This document shows positions 1 to 13,690 of a DNA stretch of 64,000 nt, piece after piece. How positions within the stretch are numbered: position 1 is the stretch's first letter; the number at the start of each line of letters is the position of its first letter. The notes under the pieces were generated by a model. The model saw nothing but the letters and a program-made list of their open reading frames with translations, was not told where the DNA came from and did no database searches. The translations under genes were made by a program, and so were the position numbers. Source of the stretch: Tubiluchus corallicola (taxonomy: Eukaryota > Animalia > Priapulida); the NCBI GenBank assembly GCA_030141605.1, contig JAQGDQ010000394.1, positions 1 through 64,000 on the forward strand, written 5' to 3'.

Positions 1-365
1 TACTGAGTTTTAAATAAAACAAGTTATCATATCATATCGTTTCTTAGCTTACTTTACCTAACCTTACTGAACTCACTTCACTGTACTTTTACTTTTACAT
101 TACTTTACATTACAACACCTTGCCTTAACTTAAATATTTGTCTTAATTTACCTCATCTTATATTGACTTACCCTACATTAATTACACTACCTTACCTTAC
201 CTTTTAATTTGCCCTGCCTTGCCTTACCTTACCGTATCTTAATTACGTTATCTTAACTTAAATAACAGCTTTTTAAATATGTGGCGGAGTGGGAGTAACT
301 CGATGCTAATTTGTTCGCTTCCGACTCAGTAGGTCGTTATCGTTAATGTTACGTTACGTTAACTT

Positions 366-630
<265 letters not shown>

Positions 631-927
631 CATTTTGCTTCGCTAAAAACTTTTGTTGCAGCACAATTTCGAATAAAAGTTATAATAAAATAGCAAAAAT
701 TTAAAAGCAAACGACATACATATATATATATTGAATTTAAAATACGAGTTGTTGAACTGATAGATAAACAAACGGAAACTGATAACAGGTTAATTGACAA
801 CTGACTGTCATTATTTCGATTTTTGCCACTGAATAATTAGACCCATCACGCTATTTATAACTTTTACACTGAAGATAACTGCATAATTGTGTAAAATCAA
901 AGTGTAATTTCCTATTAATTGCTTTGT

Positions 928-2054
928 GACTGCCGTCTCGACTGAAGGTCACAATTTAAAAGGGTGAGATCCGAACCGCCTCAACGCATGCGCACGCTGG
1001 GAAGGGGTCCCACAAGCATAGGGGCCATGCTAATCTACGTCTGTTTCGACTTGCTGTCAATAAATACAGAACACCTTTGACTTCAACAATATTCCGCAAA
1101 AAAAATTCGCAAAGGTTTGTGTAGAACATTTGATTATTAATCATTATTATTATTAATTTCATACCGTGCCATCTTCGTCTTTATGGTTATGCGATGAAAT
1201 GCTTGTTTTTCAAGGTTCGTGTTATATTGTTCAAACATATGTATTGATTAATCTTTGCCGTCCAACATGTTTTTAATGTTTAAACTCTTATTTCCTCGGA
1301 AGTATCAATGTAGCAAGTAAGAATATATTTTACTTTTATCGACCATTTACATTTTTATTCCTGTGAGTGGTTGTGCAGGTCCCTAATGTGAGTGGAAGGG
1401 CCCTAATGTGAGTGGAAGGGCCTTAATGTGAGTGGTTGTGCAGGTCCCTAATGTGAGTGGTTGTGCAGGTCCCTAATGTGAGTGGAAGGGCCCTAATGTG
1501 AGTGGTTGTGCAGGTCCCTAATGTGAGTGGAAGGGCCCTAATGTGAGTGGAAGGGCCCTAATGTGAGTGGAAGGGCCTTAATGTGAGTGGTTGTGCAGGT
1601 CCCTAATGTGAGTGGTTGTGCAGGTCCCTAATGTGAGTGGAAGGGCCCTAATGTGAGTGGTTGTGCAGGTCCCTAATGTGAGTGGAAGGGCCCTAATGTG
1701 AGTGGTTGTGCAGGTCCCTAATGTGAGTGGTTGTGCAGGTCCCTAATGTGAGTGGAAGGGCCCTAATGTGAGTGGTTGTGCAGGTCCCTAATGTGAGTGG
1801 TTGTGCAGGTCCCTAATGTGAGTGGAAGGGCCCTAATGTGAGTGGTTTTGCAGGTCCCTAATGTGAGTGGAAGGGCCCTAATGTGAGTGGTTTTGCAGGT
1901 CCCTAATGTGAGTGGAAGGGCCCTAATGTGAGTGGTTGTGCAGGTCCCTAATGTGAGTGGAAGGGCCCTAATGTGAGTGGTTGTGCAGGTCCCTAATGTG
2001 AGTGGAAGGGCCCTAATACACTGTTTTGCCCATGATGCTGTTAAGATGGCCCTG
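928..2054. mobile_element. Probable non-autonomous DNA element (hAT-like end) hosting a minisatellite
   Basis: Ends in GTTAAGATGGCCCTG. 1200-1380 and 2030-2054 align by eye with 31245-31490 (ending GTTAAGACGGTCGTG), so this is a dispersed repeat. Left end (GACTGCCGTCTCGAC) is only a weak TIR match; no TSD seen. Confidence 0.45.
1361..2017. repeat. Two-unit minisatellite (20-bp CCCTAATGTGAGTGGAAGGG and 25-bp CCCTAATGTGAGTGGTTGTGCAGGT)
   Basis: About 29 near-identical units sharing a 15-bp core, in irregular order. Confidence 0.96.
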
Positions 2055-2204
2055 CTCAGCTTTCTTGTTCTAACAGACTCCTATCCAGCGCCTGCGTTAA
2101 CTGATTCATTTCATCGTCGACGCCAGCAGCAGCAGCGGCAGATTGTAACAGACGTAAAGAAAAGACAACATTTTTTATGCAACATTTACTTTTCTCACGG
2201 CACA

Positions 2205-2520
2205 GGTAGCAGCAGCAGCAACAATAGCAACAACACCAACAACACTGACAACAACAGCAGCAGCAACAGAAACAGCATCAGCAACAACAACAACAGTAAC
2301 CACCATCTCCACCTCCACCACCACCAGCAGCAACAACAACAACAGAAACAGTAACAACAATAGCATCAGCAGCAACAACAACAACAGTAACCTGCATCTC
2401 CACCAAGCAGCAACAACAACAACAATAGCGACGACGACGATGATGAAGACGGCCACGACCATAAAAAGAACAAGAACAACAACAACAAGAAGAAGAACAA
2501 CAACAAGAACAACAATAGTA
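2205..2520. repeat. Degenerate (CAA/CAG)n microsatellite
   Basis: Direct reading. Confidence 0.9.
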
Positions 2521-3327
2521 GCTCACGTAAAATTAATGATGCGTTCTACAAAAATTCCTATTATAATAAACCGGAATAATTTTCATTCCAATTTAAGCCA
2601 GCCCAAACACCCCCCCCCCCACACTATAAAATAGCTGATAGTATGATATAGTATGATTGTAATGGCCCCGTTTTGCATTGCACTTGAGGCAATTCAACTG
2701 CATTAATAATGAAAAAGAAAGCGTCCATAACACACCACTGTTTCCCACCGCCATTGCTATACAATTGTACAAATGGACACGCGTGCAACACAATAGACTG
2801 CATAATTCTATTAAAGAGCTTAACTAATTGACCTGGCTAATTAGTACACGCACTGTTTAATATTTATAAAGCTAATTCATCCAATCATATGCAGGTGAAT
2901 TCATTTGAAAGCCCAATTAACACAAATGGACTCACTGCAGTACAGTAGAGAAATTAGGTGTTTTGGATATCATGAAAACTGTTCTACACCAATTATTAAT
3001 CAGAATTAATATGCTTTAAAAGTGGAGAAGAGAAAGTTTATAGCGATGTGGACGCAGAAAAACACCAAGGATGAGATATTACAGAGGATCTATGGAGTAA
3101 TTTATGTTTATAACGTAATCAATGTTCATACAAATCTTTTGTACATTAGTTTTTAACAAATTAAGTATTTTGTCTTTTACTTTTGATCACGTTAATGTTT
3201 TTATACTTTAGTTTTCAATGAATTAACTCATTTTATTTTAGCACTTTAAATTTTAAATACTTTACTTTTCAACACACTAGTGCCTTAAAAATAATTTATT
3301 TGGTTACACATTAATCTTTAATACTTT

Positions 3328-3545
3328 GTTTTTGCAACACATTAATGCTTCGAACTTTAATTTTGCAACACATTAATGCTTCAAACTTTAATTTTGCAAC
3401 ACATTAATGCTTCAAGCTTTATTTTTGCAACACATTAATGCTTCAAGCTTTATTTTTGCAACACATTAATGCTTCAAGCTTTATTTTTTCAACACATTAA
3501 TGTTTCAAGCTTTATTTTTGCAACACATTAATGCTTTAATACTTT
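3328..3545. repeat. 31-bp tandem repeat (TTTTTGCAACACATTAATGCTTCAAGCTTTA), about 7 copies
   Basis: Direct reading; more degenerate copies extend on both sides. Confidence 0.9.
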
Positions 3546-4214
3546 AATTTCTTTAAATAACACGCTAGTTTTTCAGTACTTTATTATTCAATACAAAGCC
3601 ATTAATTATGTTGTGATTTATTTTAAGTCACAATTGGTTTTTGTACTTTATTTTTCAGCACCTTGTCCATTGTATTTTATTTTTATTGTTGCCCATTACT
3701 TAATTAGATCTTTCGCACTTTTTACCATACTTCAAAAATAACTATTCTAAACCAGCTTCATTATATTCATCACACTAAATGGTGTACCCTGTTCTTTGTC
3801 TTTCAACACATAAACTCTTTGTGCATTCAGTTACTTTTCAACACGATCTCTTCTGAATAGAAAAGCAGTTGATGTAAGGAGACAGATGGTGGAGAGGGAA
3901 CGTAGTCCTGGGTACACGCTGATTTTTCTGCTCACATTGATACGAATAGCCGTTGCCCTAACATTTTCGGCTTTGTTTCTACATACAAACTCCTTTCATA
4001 TAAGAGTTATTATCGCAGACGAGGAGCGTTTCTTCTTTGTTTGCTTTTGCTCTTCCGGAAATATTTCCTGTTGGAAGTTCACAGACAACGCAGTGAACTG
4101 TTATCCAAACTAAACTCAATTTACCTCCTTTTTGACCACAAATAAAGCCATAGCCACGAAACCGTCGACAAGTGTACATAATAATAGCGTTCTGGGTAGG
4201 GTACCGTTTTTGTG

Positions 4215-4586
<372 letters not shown>

Positions 4587-4812
4587 TTCAATCTATTACT
4601 ACTATCCATTTACTAACGAGGTATGGCGTTGTTTAAATATAGTCGAACAAACACCAGGAACTACTCAACCATCACGTGAACCTAAGTGTGAGCCCACATT
4701 ATAAAGCTTATACTCACATGAAGTTAGTATTTACTTTGAAAATACAGTGAAATTGTGTTTTTATTTTTATTTAAGCTGGTTTAATGCACACAAATTCAAC
4801 AAGCTGGCAAAC

Positions 4813-7800
4813 ATGGCTGTAATGTATGAAGCAACACAGAAGATTCGTCTGCACTGTTACGTGATCATATGCTTTCTTCTTATTGGTCAAGTTTCATTAG
4901 AGAGTGAGTGATATTGTTTCACTATTTCGTTAGTTGAAGCTTATGTTGTTCCTTTTTATTCAGTCTTTCAATTATAACAAACTAATTATATTAGCAATAT
5001 ATTTGTAAAACAATTATAATAGCTCAAACCCGTGTACAATTCAAGAGAGAAAAGTAGGTCTATAATTTTTTTAGATATTGTTATTTTAACTGAGCACTAT
5101 GAGCTTAATTTGGTATTATAAATATAGTCACTTGAAACTTATGCTGTAACTGGAGGACTTCTTGACATTCAGTAAGCACATTATGATATCAGTAAGCAAC
5201 CGCTGTTTAAATTTGTACTTCAAACTTCTGCAGCTTATCCACTTTTCGAATATCATCATAAAAAATGACCTGTCTATTTTTTCTAAAAAAATAATTGTAC
5301 ATTTGACGGACATTAACAGTACATTTCTTCAATCAATGTACGACATAGTTGGTGGAGAAACAGACATTAAAAATGTGAGTGTCAAAGCATGAAATGTTCA
5401 TAATTTTTATAATTATGTCTTTCCTAATTACAGGTTGCGCTTATGACAATTTTCTTACTAAATCCTTTTACCATTTTTTGTCAAACACCAAAATAAATAT
5501 AACTTTCCTAAAGGCTTGGTTTTTTTCCTTTGAACCATTTACGCATGACATATTTTCTACAAAATTTTGACAAACTGTTTTTTTGTCGAAAAATAATATC
5601 GCACACTAAGGCTGTTGCATTTTTTTTAGCTACTTTACCTGTGAAAACTGAAAATTTGCTAAAAATGGACATTACGCATGAATGATTAATGTACTTTATT
5701 CAGCGAACATTTATTACTATTTTCAGAAATTTGCTCATCGCCAGACGGCGCCCATAGTCGTTTCGTCATTGGTGCTCTGCTTCCTCTACATCGTGACGGT
5801 ACTGTGCTGATGAGTAACCATGGCAACACCACCAGATGCAGCATCATCAGTCCACCAGCTGTGCAACAGATGATGGCAGCAAGATTTGCACTCGAGCAAC
5901 TGAAAAATAGAACAGGACTGGACATTGGTCAGTACAAAAAATCCTGGGCCGAATTGCATGTAGTCATTAGTTTTATTCGCCTTTAATATTTTCATTAAAC
6001 TGACATGTAGGATATATACATAATTACACGTACTTAAAGTAGATAGTTGTGGCTGGATCGGACCTTAGCTGATTATAAAGAATTATTCTTTGAGGTTAAA
6101 CACTGAACAGGCAGAGGGCTGTTAAATATATTGTTTTGATGGCAATAGCATCAAACCTGTGGTAACTATTGCTCAAATGGAATTGATTCTTTGTATTAGT
6201 TTCTACGTCAGAAAGCGATTAGAAAGTAGGTTAATCGCTTCTAGATAAACACATGAATGAACTAACCAGCCACCAACCAACAAACAAACAACGAACGAAC
6301 GAACGAACGAACGAACGAACGAACGAACTAACTAACTAACTAAATAACTAAATAATTAACTAACTAACTAACACTCTAACCAATCAACCAACTAACTACC
6401 TAACGAACCTACCAATGAACCAACCAGTCAACCAACCGTTCAGCCAGCCAGTCAATAACCAACCAACCAAACAACCAAGCAGCCAAAAAAGCAAAAAATC
6501 AACCCACCGATCAATTAACCGTTTGACTGACTAAACAATAATTCGGCTTATCAACCAACCAAACAACCGACCAACCAAGCAGGCAAACCAACAAACAAAC
6601 GACTAGCCAGCATAACTGCCTGCCCTAAACTCTCCTCGCTTCTCAAATTTTACTAAACAAGGTATCCTAGCAGTGACAGAGCCTGTTACAATACAACCAG
6701 TCATTAGTACCTATCTTAGTTTTCTCTTCATACAGTATACAGTTCTCAGGGATATTTGCATGAGTGCCTGAATGCTCGATTATAGGGGTTACAGCTACTT
6801 ACTATAATAAAGTGGACATAACACCATTGGCTCTAGAAGTTCCTTCATACCGGATTTTTCCCCCGCAGTGCAGTAATCCCATAATCCCGTGCAATAATGA
6901 AGTGCGCATGTCACCAACGCATGCTTACTAAATTGATACCTAGAGAGAGAAGAGAGCAACAGAATTGATACCCTTCCTTATTCCTGTAAATAATGATTTT
7001 ATAATGAAAGTGTGTGTGTTTAATTTTGGATGTGCGTTGACCTTGTCTCAAAAAGTATACAATTAAATAAGTGGCCTGCTCATTTTAAGAACAAAAAAAT
7101 TCTAATAAGACGCTCTTCTCATTAGCGAACTTACCCGCTCAACGGGAAAAAAATCACCTTAAAGTTTTTTCCCTGACCTCCCTAACAACAAAAGTTTCAA
7201 CATAAACTTACGGTTAGTGGTCAGTCATCGCCTAAATTGAATGTTACAGGTTCATCACTTGTTTCAACGACCCGAGTTCAAGTCTAAATGTGAACATCTT
7301 TTTTTAACTTTTTATTTCTTCGCCTTTTTCTTTCTACTTAGTGACAAACGCAAAGCCTTTATTGTTAATTATTTAACTACGAAATAACTCACTTGTGTTC
7401 AATTTTTTTTCAACACTCCGGGTTCTGTTATAGCCTTTTTGAATATTTTTGAATAAGCTTGTTGCCATGAAAGCGTTTATACATGCAACAATGAAATGAC
7501 ATTAATAAATATGAATAAAAATTAAAGTAAAAATTAATGTGTTAATAAATAATAAAAAATGCATAAAAATTCAGTTCTGATCATTAAAATACTGTATATT
7601 ATCATTTCCGTGGTACAAATAAGATTTTTAATCATTTTATTAAACGAAGTCGCCAGTCTTGTAAAATTCACTAAAAATTAATAAAATAAAACCGTTCAAA
7701 TGATAAAAATAAAAAATATACTTTAAAATGTTATTTAGAGTTACAAAAAATTATATTTTCTTATCGTCTTGGAATAGGATTTCCCGTTTTTTTTTACAGT

Positions 7801-10800
7801 GGATGTCGTATCTTTATTTTTCTAGCTAGTTGAAGCTTCATCGCATCACTAGCCTTTACTTTTAGCAATTCGACTAATGATTAATCGCTTGCACTTAACT
7901 TTTCGACAAGCCAATATCCACATCCGCAAAGCACGTAAAGTTCACATTTCAACTGTGCAGAGAACAAACGCAATTATTTGACTATTGTTGCACATTTCTA
8001 TGGGTTAAATCCAACCATTATTTACATATATGTTAATAATTCTTTCTACATTCAAATACTTCCGTTACCCTTACCGTTACAGCCAGTGACAGACGTCAAG
8101 TGTTAGCAGCTATCATCACGATTGTTGAACTTATCTTTTACAATATAATTCTTCCGCTTATACTGTGCGCTACGCTTAATTAAGTAATTTTGTCCAATTT
8201 TAGCTAATTTCAGCAAATTAATGGATAATAGAGGCAACAGTTTCACCGTTCGTCGATTGTCTAACTGGTTTATACATGACTTTATGTTTCTGGTGGCAAA
8301 TTATTTTATTCAAGTTTCAGTTCATTATTTCCTTTGCATTTCATCGGTTTCTATCATTGTTTCCTTTTCGACATGGATAAGAAGAGGAAAACAGTAAGAA
8401 ATGACAGACATTCACAAATTCTATAGACTGCGACCTATAAGTAGTGTTGACAAAACTAAACTGTAATATAATGTAGTGCAAAATTTTATGAGTTTTCGGC
8501 CTTTGTTGTTATTAAACCCTAAATACCTATGACCTTTTAACAGAAACTTGGCATTCATGTAACTAAAAAAGTCAGCGACCTGCTGACATGTAGGAACTTT
8601 AAATTTCTTTCACACAAGGTGTCACTAGCATGCTTTCTGGCATGCTTCTTATAGACTAAAAAGTTTTTAATTTTAATCCCGCAAGATGTCACTAGTATGT
8701 CTTATGGTGTACCACTTATAGATTAAAAAAGCTTTACATTTTATTCCCGCAAGATGTCACTATTATGCCTTCTGGTATCTCATTTACGGATAAAAATGAC
8801 CGTAGATAATAATTATTAAACACCAGCTTAGTGGAGTTTAAAGAGTTTAATGTTGAAGATTTGTACTTTTATCCAACCTAACTTTTGATAAAGCCAGCAG
8901 GTCAATATGTGGTCATTGCCTTTCCGAAATTTGGTCAAACTACCTTTCAAAACCTAAAAAAGGCAGTTATTTGCGCCGTCAAACGATCCTAAGCATTTCT
9001 TAACTACTTTTCTAGTTTAGTATTTGAGAATAGAACAGGGGTATGGGGGTACTGCTCAACACTGAATTTTTGCTAAAAATGTACAAACATTCTTAGTGAA
9101 ACCTACACATCATCTGAAATTTTGTGATGACAAAATTGAACTGTGACAAATTGCTTAACATCAGATCTGTGATATTTGAAACCTGAACTTCTGTAGACAA
9201 TGCCCGTCTTGTTAAATCTAATGGCATATAACAATAGGTATGTAGTCATCATTAGTTATTTTGTTTGTGGTTTTGTAGAACTGAAAGTGGTAGATACTTG
9301 TCCGAATGGAAATACGTTGGAGTTGATACGGTTGTTGTGTGCTTTCAACCATCTGGCTGCCGGTGATGGTACTAATAGTTGTCTCAAGGGTGAGCCTGTG
9401 CATCTCCTAGGTAAGTATGAGTTTTTGGTACTAATAGTTGTCTCAAGGGTGAGCCAGTGCGTCTCCTAGGTAAGTATGAGTTTTTTGAGAACATGAAACT
9501 TGAAACGATTTACTACAAAACTCTCATCTCTGTAGTAAATTGATTTGAGGAATCATCTTGATGTTGTGCGCTTGCAACAATAATAGCAACACCATCAACA
9601 GTATTAGCAACAGCAACAATGTCAGCAATCCGCCCTATTACAATCGCAATTACACTGGCATTACTTCCGGTGTTAAGTTGGAAATTATTCAACAATGGTG
9701 ACAGTAACAGTTTTTATTACAATGTTATGCACACTTAACGCAAACTCAAGCAATTAATAAAGCAGTTATTAAGCCACCATTATTGTTTTGCTTTGTAGGC
9801 ATCATTGGTCCATTCCTTGATTTGACAGATGTAGAGCTACTGCAAACGATGAAGATTCCTTATATGGAGTACGCATCTGCAACACCGCGGGATCATCACG
9901 TTCAGTCATCATGGAAAACATTTGATCTACAATTTCATAAAGCAAAGGTAAGAAACAATTGAACAGTCCAATGTACTTGAAATATCGGTTGTATATGATG
10001 AGTTTATGCTATCGGCAGTGGTAGAATTGCATTGCGTATAGATGAATCTTAGGCTTTCTACAGCCTTGGAACTCAATTCAAGCAGTTGTCAGCATCACTA
10101 GTTATTCTTCTAGTAGAACTAAATGCCATTTTGCAACAAATTTCATTTGCTTTAATCGAAGCTAGTAAACTACAACCAGCTACGACTAGGTCTATATTAA
10201 TATTTGTTTTTGCCAATTAGTTGCGTCTTAAAAATCTCCCATTTATGTTTGTTGCAAGATTTTCCGCATCTCTACAAATCATAGCGTTTTTGCATTTATG
10301 ATACATTCATCAAGTATAGCATTACATTAATTAATTGCATCGTTGTTTCAGGTCACTGAAAAGTTAATCGAAGATTTCCTGATACCTAATGTAACTGTAG
10401 TAGCTTCTGCAGACATGAAGAGTATTTCCGATCTTAAAACGTTTCTGAACACTACAATGTGTGGAAAAAATGTGGACAGAGTGTTCATCACTGGTAATGC
10501 AAACAAAGTACAATACCACATGAAAAAAGACAGTTTACTAGACAAATGTATCAAAAAGATCAGATTTGTTGACTCATTGAGTGAATTCATAACGCAGTTA
10601 CCCAGTCAGTCAACTCTGCTTACCTTTCTGAACAACAATGACCTCAAGGAATTTGGCACTTTGGAGCAGAATCATGCTCAGAAACTGACATTGTTGTCGT
10701 GGGGAGATCTGCAAGATGTTCAAATTTCGTTATTTGATAAAGTCATACTGATTAATGAACCAACAGATAGCAAAGTCCTTGAAAATTTCAGTACTTTTTT

Positions 10801-12959
10801 TATCAACAAATTGATAACAGACCTTATGACTAGCCACATCTTAGCTGAATACTTGCAAGAGACCTTTCACTGTTGGTTACCTACCAACGAGCAGAGTAGT
10901 ATTCGCGACTGCAGAACCATCTCAAGGACAGAAATGGAACTAACATTTCAGCAACATCACCACGTGAGACACGCTTTTAAAGCAGTACTAGAGCTTGGAT
11001 CATTGTTTGTTAATTCTGCTTGCTTGCACAATGCTACTTGCTTAACCATGCGGAGCAATGACACTGAAACAAACAATGACAGTGTCAAATTGTTTGAAAA
11101 TTGGGTTGCAGACACACTTCCTGCTGCAGTTACAGATTGGCTTGAGGTGGATATCGCCTCACAGGAAAGACAGATACGTGTAAGTAAGCTTGTTTTCATG
11201 TTTTGATTTCACGATGTTGATCTTAAATTTCAGTTAAGTCTATTATGTTCCCATGTGCCTTTGCTCATAATTCTGAAGAACACCTTGAAAAAACAACCAC
11301 CATTCTTGTGCAGGAGATGCTGTGAAAGTCAGTCAGGCAATGCCTCTGGTCATGATTTTCTACCAAAATGCACTGTCATTTGAAATTTGAACCATTGATA
11401 AACTGACATAAATAGAGTCATTATTACCTTTTTTAGTCTTTGCAACTTTACACGTATTATTATGAGTGTAGTATGTACTCAATACACTTCCGTTAAGATG
11501 TCAAACACCTCTCTTATATAGGTTATTTTTACAGATTGGGTACTACAATTGTTCTACGCAGCAGTTGACCATCATAAGTCCAACAGACGTCCAGTTTCTA
11601 CTGAACTTCACCAAAACGATGTGTCCCGAATGTAGTAGAGCAATTAAACAAGTGCATACATTGACAGTAGCTGATATATGGTGGGTCAATATTGCAATAG
11701 TGTGCATATCGATAGTTGGTGTGGTGACAACGTTGTCTTTCTCAGGATGGATTGGTTCAAAGATTGTAGATGGAACTCTGCAAGGCCTCAAGGGTGATCA
11801 CAGCATCACAATGTGGTTTTTAGTTGTGCTGTTGTGCATGTATTTAGCAGCCATCGCATTTGTCTTTAATCCTGGACTTCTCCTCAGCCGTTACTGGTGT
11901 GATGTCAGAAATGTCCTGATGTCAGTGTCTTGCGTTGCATGTTATGCCACCATATTAGTACAGACTATGCAGACTAGATGTATTGCATCACTTGGTCTTG
12001 GAGGAAATGTTGCATTTTCTAACCAGTGGTTTACATTGTTGGCAATAATTGGTGCAGAAGTCTGTTTCCAGATTACACGCCTTGTGTCAAAAGAAGATGA
12101 TTATGGAGAATTAAATTGTCAACCGTATGGACTTCAATTATTCCTCAACCACGCCCATGTTCTCTTTTTACTCATTCTTGCATTTGTTTATGCTGTCGCC
12201 ACCATGGTCACACTACCCAACCTCCAAGAAGCAAAGTTATTACTTGGAGCTGCTGCAAGTTCTATCGCCATTTGGGCAGCCTGGTTTTTGTGCTTCTACT
12301 TCTTACCAGATTCATACCAAGACCTAGTCATCAGCCTCGCACTGATGACGCATGCCAGTGCAGTGTTGGTCATCTTTTTTGTTCCAAAACTTTACATCCT
12401 TTACAAACTCAACCGAGTCCTGCAGGATGAACAGAGCAAGACGTCCTCAAGTACCATAGCAACACTCACAAAGAACTTTGACTCCACGTTAGCAGGACAA
12501 GGAACATCCAGTTCTCAATCCATATACAAAGACATCAGCACAGACTCACCATATGCGTTAACACAAAGATATAGTGAGTTAGGTTTTGGTTTGTGTCCTA
12601 CATACGAATCTCCCATTGACGTCATCAGTGGGTCGATTGAAGCACCACCACTGCCCAAACGTAACAACGAGAAGCAAAGACAGTATCTCCATCATCATCG
12701 GAACCGTGATATGTACAAAAGCGACTCAGAGAAGAAACATCGGTATAATGATTTAGGTCCATTACGAAGTGTGATAGGTGTACATAGTGGAAAGTTCGGG
12801 CGACCCATTTCTCTGCCATTGCCTTTTCAGGAAGAAATTACTGCTGCAAGAAAGGCACGGAGTTTATCACAATTGCAGGCCTTTACTCCTGGCCGTAACA
12901 ATGCTCTTCACATAGTGTCGGACTTAAAATTAGGACAAAGTTCGGAGAGTTTTTCTTGA
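4813..12959 (+). CDS. Class C (family 3) GPCR, metabotropic glutamate receptor-derived / bride-of-sevenless-like, ~941 aa, 6 exons
   Basis: Exons 4813-4903, 5727-5927, 9279-9410, 9799-9947, 10352-11179, 11535-12959; all GT-AG, phases 1,1,1,0,0 consistent, 2826 nt open. Signal-like N-terminus (YVIICFLLIGQVSLE). Venus-flytrap-like motifs VIGALLPLH, AARFALEQL, VVDTC, GIIGP, LLQTMKIPYMEYAS. Seven hydrophobic segments with 7tm_3-like NLQEAKLL, AIWAAW, FFVPKLYIL. Confidence 0.85.
6265..6620. repeat. Compound tetranucleotide microsatellite (AACG/AACT/AACC)
   Basis: Direct reading; in GPCR intron 2. Confidence 0.88.
8600..8795. repeat. ~67-bp degenerate tandem repeat, about 3 copies
   Basis: CAAG(G/A)TGTCACTA recurs at about 8615, 8682 and 8750 with similar downstream sequence. 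Confidence 0.7.
9368..9485 (+). repeat. 59-bp tandem duplication of GPCR exon 3 end plus splice donor
   Basis: GGTACTAATAGTTGTCTCAAGGGTGAGCC...CTCCTAG|GTAAGTATGAGTTTTT present twice with 2 mismatches. Confidence 0.93.
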
Positions 12960-13074
12960 GATTTTTAGATTGCCTTTATCACGTAGAAATGGAATTACTT
13001 TGTCGGCCTGTCTGAGCAAACACCAGCAGTGGTAAAAGCTCGAAAAGCAATAGCATGCTGATAATCAGTCTCTT

Positions 13075-13510
13075 AGGCAGTGTACCTTCAGGTGGTGAAC
13101 AGCTGGGCAGTGGATAGTTTGGCAGCAGATACTTGAGAGAGGACATCTAAGCAGTGGCTCTTGGGCAGTGGATATTTAGTGACCTAGACACTGCGGAAGT
13201 TGAAATTTGTACAGTAGAACAAGTAAGTGTTGGACACTGTACAGTGGACAGTTAAGCAGTAGGAAATTTGGGCAATGGGTACTTAGGCAGTGATCACTTC
13301 AACAGTGAACAATTGGGCAGCAGACACTTTGGTAATAGATATTTGGCAGCAGACATTTCGGCAGTGACATAAAAACAGCAGACATTTGGGCAATGACAGT
13401 AAAACTGCAGACATTTGGGCAATGACACTAAAGCAGCAGACACTTGATCAGAAGACACTTGGGCACAGAACAGTTGAGCTGTGGATACTTGAGCAATGGA
13501 CATTTGAGGC
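13075..13510. repeat. Highly degenerate ~15-bp tandem array (consensus about GGCAGTGGACACTTG)
   Basis: Recurring GCAG(T/C)(G/A)GACA(C/T)TT motifs at ~15-nt spacing just downstream of the GPCR stop. Confidence 0.7.
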
Positions 13511-13540
13511 ATGCCAGTATATTTTTACAGGAAATTTCAA

Positions 13541-13690
13541 CCACCTACCTACCTATTTGGCGACTTACCTACCCACCTACCTACCTACCTACCTACCTAC
13601 CTGCCTACCTACCTACCTACCTACCTACCTACCTACCTACCTACCTACCTACCTACCTGCCTACTTACCTACCTAATGTACCTACCTACT
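13541..13690. repeat. (CCTA)n microsatellite
   Basis: Direct reading. Confidence 0.96.

Noticed and set aside
1361-2017. Repeat-spacer appearance suggesting CRISPR
   Set aside because: Only two alternative 5-10 nt 'spacers'; eukaryotic context.
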